A stretch of 64,000 bases of DNA from an uncultured Acidobacteriota bacterium (GTDB taxonomy: Bacteria; Acidobacteriota; Thermoanaerobaculia; Gp7-AA8). Location of the stretch: contig CAWGHO010000002.1 in the NCBI GenBank assembly GCA_963822445.1, positions 704,001 to 768,000 of the forward strand. Reading direction: 5' to 3'. Of this stretch, positions 61,892 to 64,000 are shown one piece after another. The notes beneath the pieces were generated by a model. It searched no databases, had not been told where the DNA came from, and worked only from the letters and a program-made list of their open reading frames with translations. Numbering within the stretch: the first letter of the stretch is position 1; every line of letters begins with the position of its first letter. The position numbers and the translations under genes were made by a program.

Positions 61892-63151
61892 ATGAAAACC
61901 ATCCCCAGATCGAGACCGCTCGATGCGGCCGTGACCGTTCCGCCGTCGAAGTCGTACAGCGTGCGCGCGCTGCTGCTCGCGGCAATGTCCAGCGGCACGA
62001 CAACCATCACGAACTGCCTCGACGCCGACGACACCCGCTACGTCCTCGAAGCCCTGAAAACGCTCGGCTTCGACATCGGCGGCTCGTTTCAGCGAGAGCT
62101 GTACATCGGCGAGCGGAAGTCGATGTCGGCGAATGAAGTCCCGATCTTCGTCGGCAACGCGGGCACGGCCATGCGCTTCTTCACCGGCTGGCTGGCATTC
62201 ACGCCCGGCCGCTTTCTGCTGCATGGCGAGGCGCGCATGCATCAGCGACCGATCGGCGATCTGGTCGACGTCCTTCGCACGCTCGATGCGGAAGTCGAAT
62301 ATGTCGAGGTCGAAGGTTTTCCGCCGCTGCGGATCCGCGGGAAGAAGATGCGCGGCGGATTCGACGTCACCATTTCCGCAGAAACGTCGAGCCAATTCGT
62401 GTCGGCGCTGATGCTCGGCGGCGCGACGCTGCCCGACGGCATCACACTCCGGATCGCGAAGCTCGCTTCGGGTCCGTACATCGACATCACCGCGGACATC
62501 CTCACCACCTTCGGCGCGAACGTGACCCGCGAAGACGACGTCGTTCGCGTTCGCGCGGGACGGCTGGCGACGAGCGAGTACCGCGTCGAGGGCGACTGGT
62601 CATCGGCGTCGTACTGGTTCGCCGCAGCCGCGGCGACAGGCGGAACGATGCGCGTGCGCGGCCTCGCTGTTCCCACCGCGCAGGGCGATTCGGGATTCGT
62701 GGACATCCTCGCGGCCATGGGTTGCGCGGTGGACGTGTCGCCGGAGGAGATCGTGGTTCGCGGGCCGGAAAAGCTCCGCGGCGGCACGTTCGACTGCAAC
62801 GCCACTCCCGACATCGTTCCCACCCTCGCCGCGATCGCGCCACTGGCCGACTCGCCGGTCGAGATCGTGAACGTCGCCAACCTCCGGGTGAAGGAGTCCG
62901 ATCGCCTGGCCACGGTCACCTCCGAGCTCCGCCGCCTCGGCGCCACGGTCGAGGAACGGCCGGATTCGCTGCTCATCCACCCCGGGTGGTCGGACGAGGC
63001 GGCGGTCATCGAGACCCACAACGACCACCGCATCGCCATGGCCTTCGCCATCGCCGGCCTGGCCCGGGGGAACGTCACGATCGGCAAGGAACAGGTGGTC
63101 TCGAAGTCGTATCCCCGCTTCTGGCGGACACTGGAAGAGACCCTGTCATAA
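61892..63151 (+). CDS. aroA: EPSP synthase
   Basis: PPSKS, GNAGTAMRF, SSQFVS, RVKESDR, DHRIAM, KSYP. Confidence 0.96.
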   Translation: MKTIPRSRPLDAAVTVPPSKSYSVRALLLAAMSSGTTTITNCLDADDTRYVLEALKTLGFDIGGSFQRELYIGERKSMSANEVPIFVGNAGTAMRFFTGWLAFTPGRFLLHGEARMHQRPIGDLVDVLRTLDAEVEYVEVEGFPPLRIRGKKMRGGFDVTISAETSSQFVSALMLGGATLPDGITLRIAKLASGPYIDITADILTTFGANVTREDDVVRVRAGRLATSEYRVEGDWSSASYWFAAAAATGGTMRVRGLAVPTAQGDSGFVDILAAMGCAVDVSPEEIVVRGPEKLRGGTFDCNATPDIVPTLAAIAPLADSPVEIVNVANLRVKESDRLATVTSELRRLGATVEERPDSLLIHPGWSDEAAVIETHNDHRIAMAFAIAGLARGNVTIGKEQVVSKSYPRFWRTLEETLS

Positions 63152-63167
63152 TCCCGCGCCTTCCTTC

Positions 63168-64000
63168 ATGAACGCCTGGTATCTGTTTCTTGCCTTCCTG
63201 TTCGTGCTCGCCAACGGGTTCTTCGTGGCCGCCGAATTCGCGATCGTCAAAGTGCGGTCGACGCAGCTCACCGAGCTTGCCGAGGGGGAGCGTGCGGGCG
63301 AAGATGGCTCGCAAGCTCACCCGGAAGCTGGACGCCTACCTCTCCGCGACGCAGCTCGGCATCACCCTCTCGTCACTGGCCCTGGGATGGATCGGCGAGC
63401 CGGCCTTCCATCACATGCTCCAGCCGATCTTCACCAATCTCCAGATCGGTCCCAAGGCCGCAACCTCGATCTCCGCGACGGTGGCCTTCACCATCATCTC
63501 CGTCCTGCACATCGTCCTCGGCGAGCTCGCCCCGAAATCGATCGCCATCCAGAAACCGGTTGGCACCTCGCTGTGGGTCGCGCATCCGTTGCACGCGTTT
63601 TACGTCATCACCTACCCGGCGATCTGGCTGCTGAACGGCGTCTCGCGCGCGATTCTCAAGGTGTTCGGCATTCATCCGACCAGCGAGCATCTCGAAGCCG
63701 CGCACTCGCCGGAAGAGCTGCGGCTGATCCTGGCCAGCTCGGAGAAAGCGGGCATTCTCTCGGAGGAAAACCGGGAGATCATCGAAGGGGTCTTCCAATT
63801 CTCCAAGCGGACGGCGCGGCAGATCATGGTTCCGCGCACCGACGTGGTCGTGCTCTCGACGACGCGATCGATCGAGGAAAACCTCGAGACCATCCGCACC
63901 ACGCGCCACACCCGCTATCCGCTCTGCGACGGATCGCTCGATCAGACCATCGGCCTGATTCACGTGAAGGACCTGATGCTCGCGCAACTGCGCGGACCGG
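63168..64000 (+). CDS. Hemolysin/CNNM (DUF21-CBS) family protein, partial, frameshifted at G-run 63284-63288
   Basis: NGFFVAAEFAIVKVR, then in another frame TQLGITLSSLALGWIGEP, GELAPK, IMVPR, HTRYP. Confidence 0.88.
   Translation, partial: MNAWYLFLAFLFVLANGFFVAAEFAIVKVRSTQLTELAEGERAGEDGSQAHPEAGRLPLRDAARHHPLVTGPGMDRRAGLPSHAPADLHQSPDRSQGRNLDLRDGGLHHHLRPAHRPRRARPEIDRHPETGWHLAVGRASVARVLRHHLPGDLAAERRLARDSQGVRHSSDQRASRSRALAGRAAADPGQLGESGHSLGGKPGDHRRGLPILQADGAADHGSAHRRGRALDDAIDRGKPRDHPHHAPHPLSALRRIARSDHRPDSREGPDARATART

Overview
GC-rich bacterial chromosome segment, densely coding. It is probably Acidobacteriota (Thermoanaerobaculia-like); this is inferred from gene content and style, not proven. 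The housekeeping backbone comprises tig, tRNA-Leu/tRNA-Lys, pgsA, proC, secA, mutY, xerD, lipA, carD, deoB/deoA, queCE, mce, tyrA, rph, glgC, a DnaJ-class chaperone, lpxH-like and aroA. Accessory highlights: (1) a type II FAS/PKS-like cluster (active KS + catalytically dead CLF-like KS, dehydratase, ACP, AMP-ligase, GT2) with two flavin-dependent halogenase-like genes; (2) a gas-vesicle operon lacking gvpN/gvpC but carrying a translationally coupled two-domain ArsA/Get3-type ATPase; (3) a small secreted ORF ending in RAPG directly upstream of secA (candidate SecM-analogous arrest peptide); (4) an MNT-HepT toxin-antitoxin pair plus a collapsed tandem remnant; (5) two dense repeat systems: REP/REPIN-like palindromes, three of them translated inside proteins, and ten inverted arrays of 7-8 bp tandem repeats; (6) many TANNNT boxes 7-11 nt before start codons, suggesting leaderless expression; (7) four small frameshifts that look like assembly indels. 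No CRISPR array, rRNA, prophage or transposase was seen.
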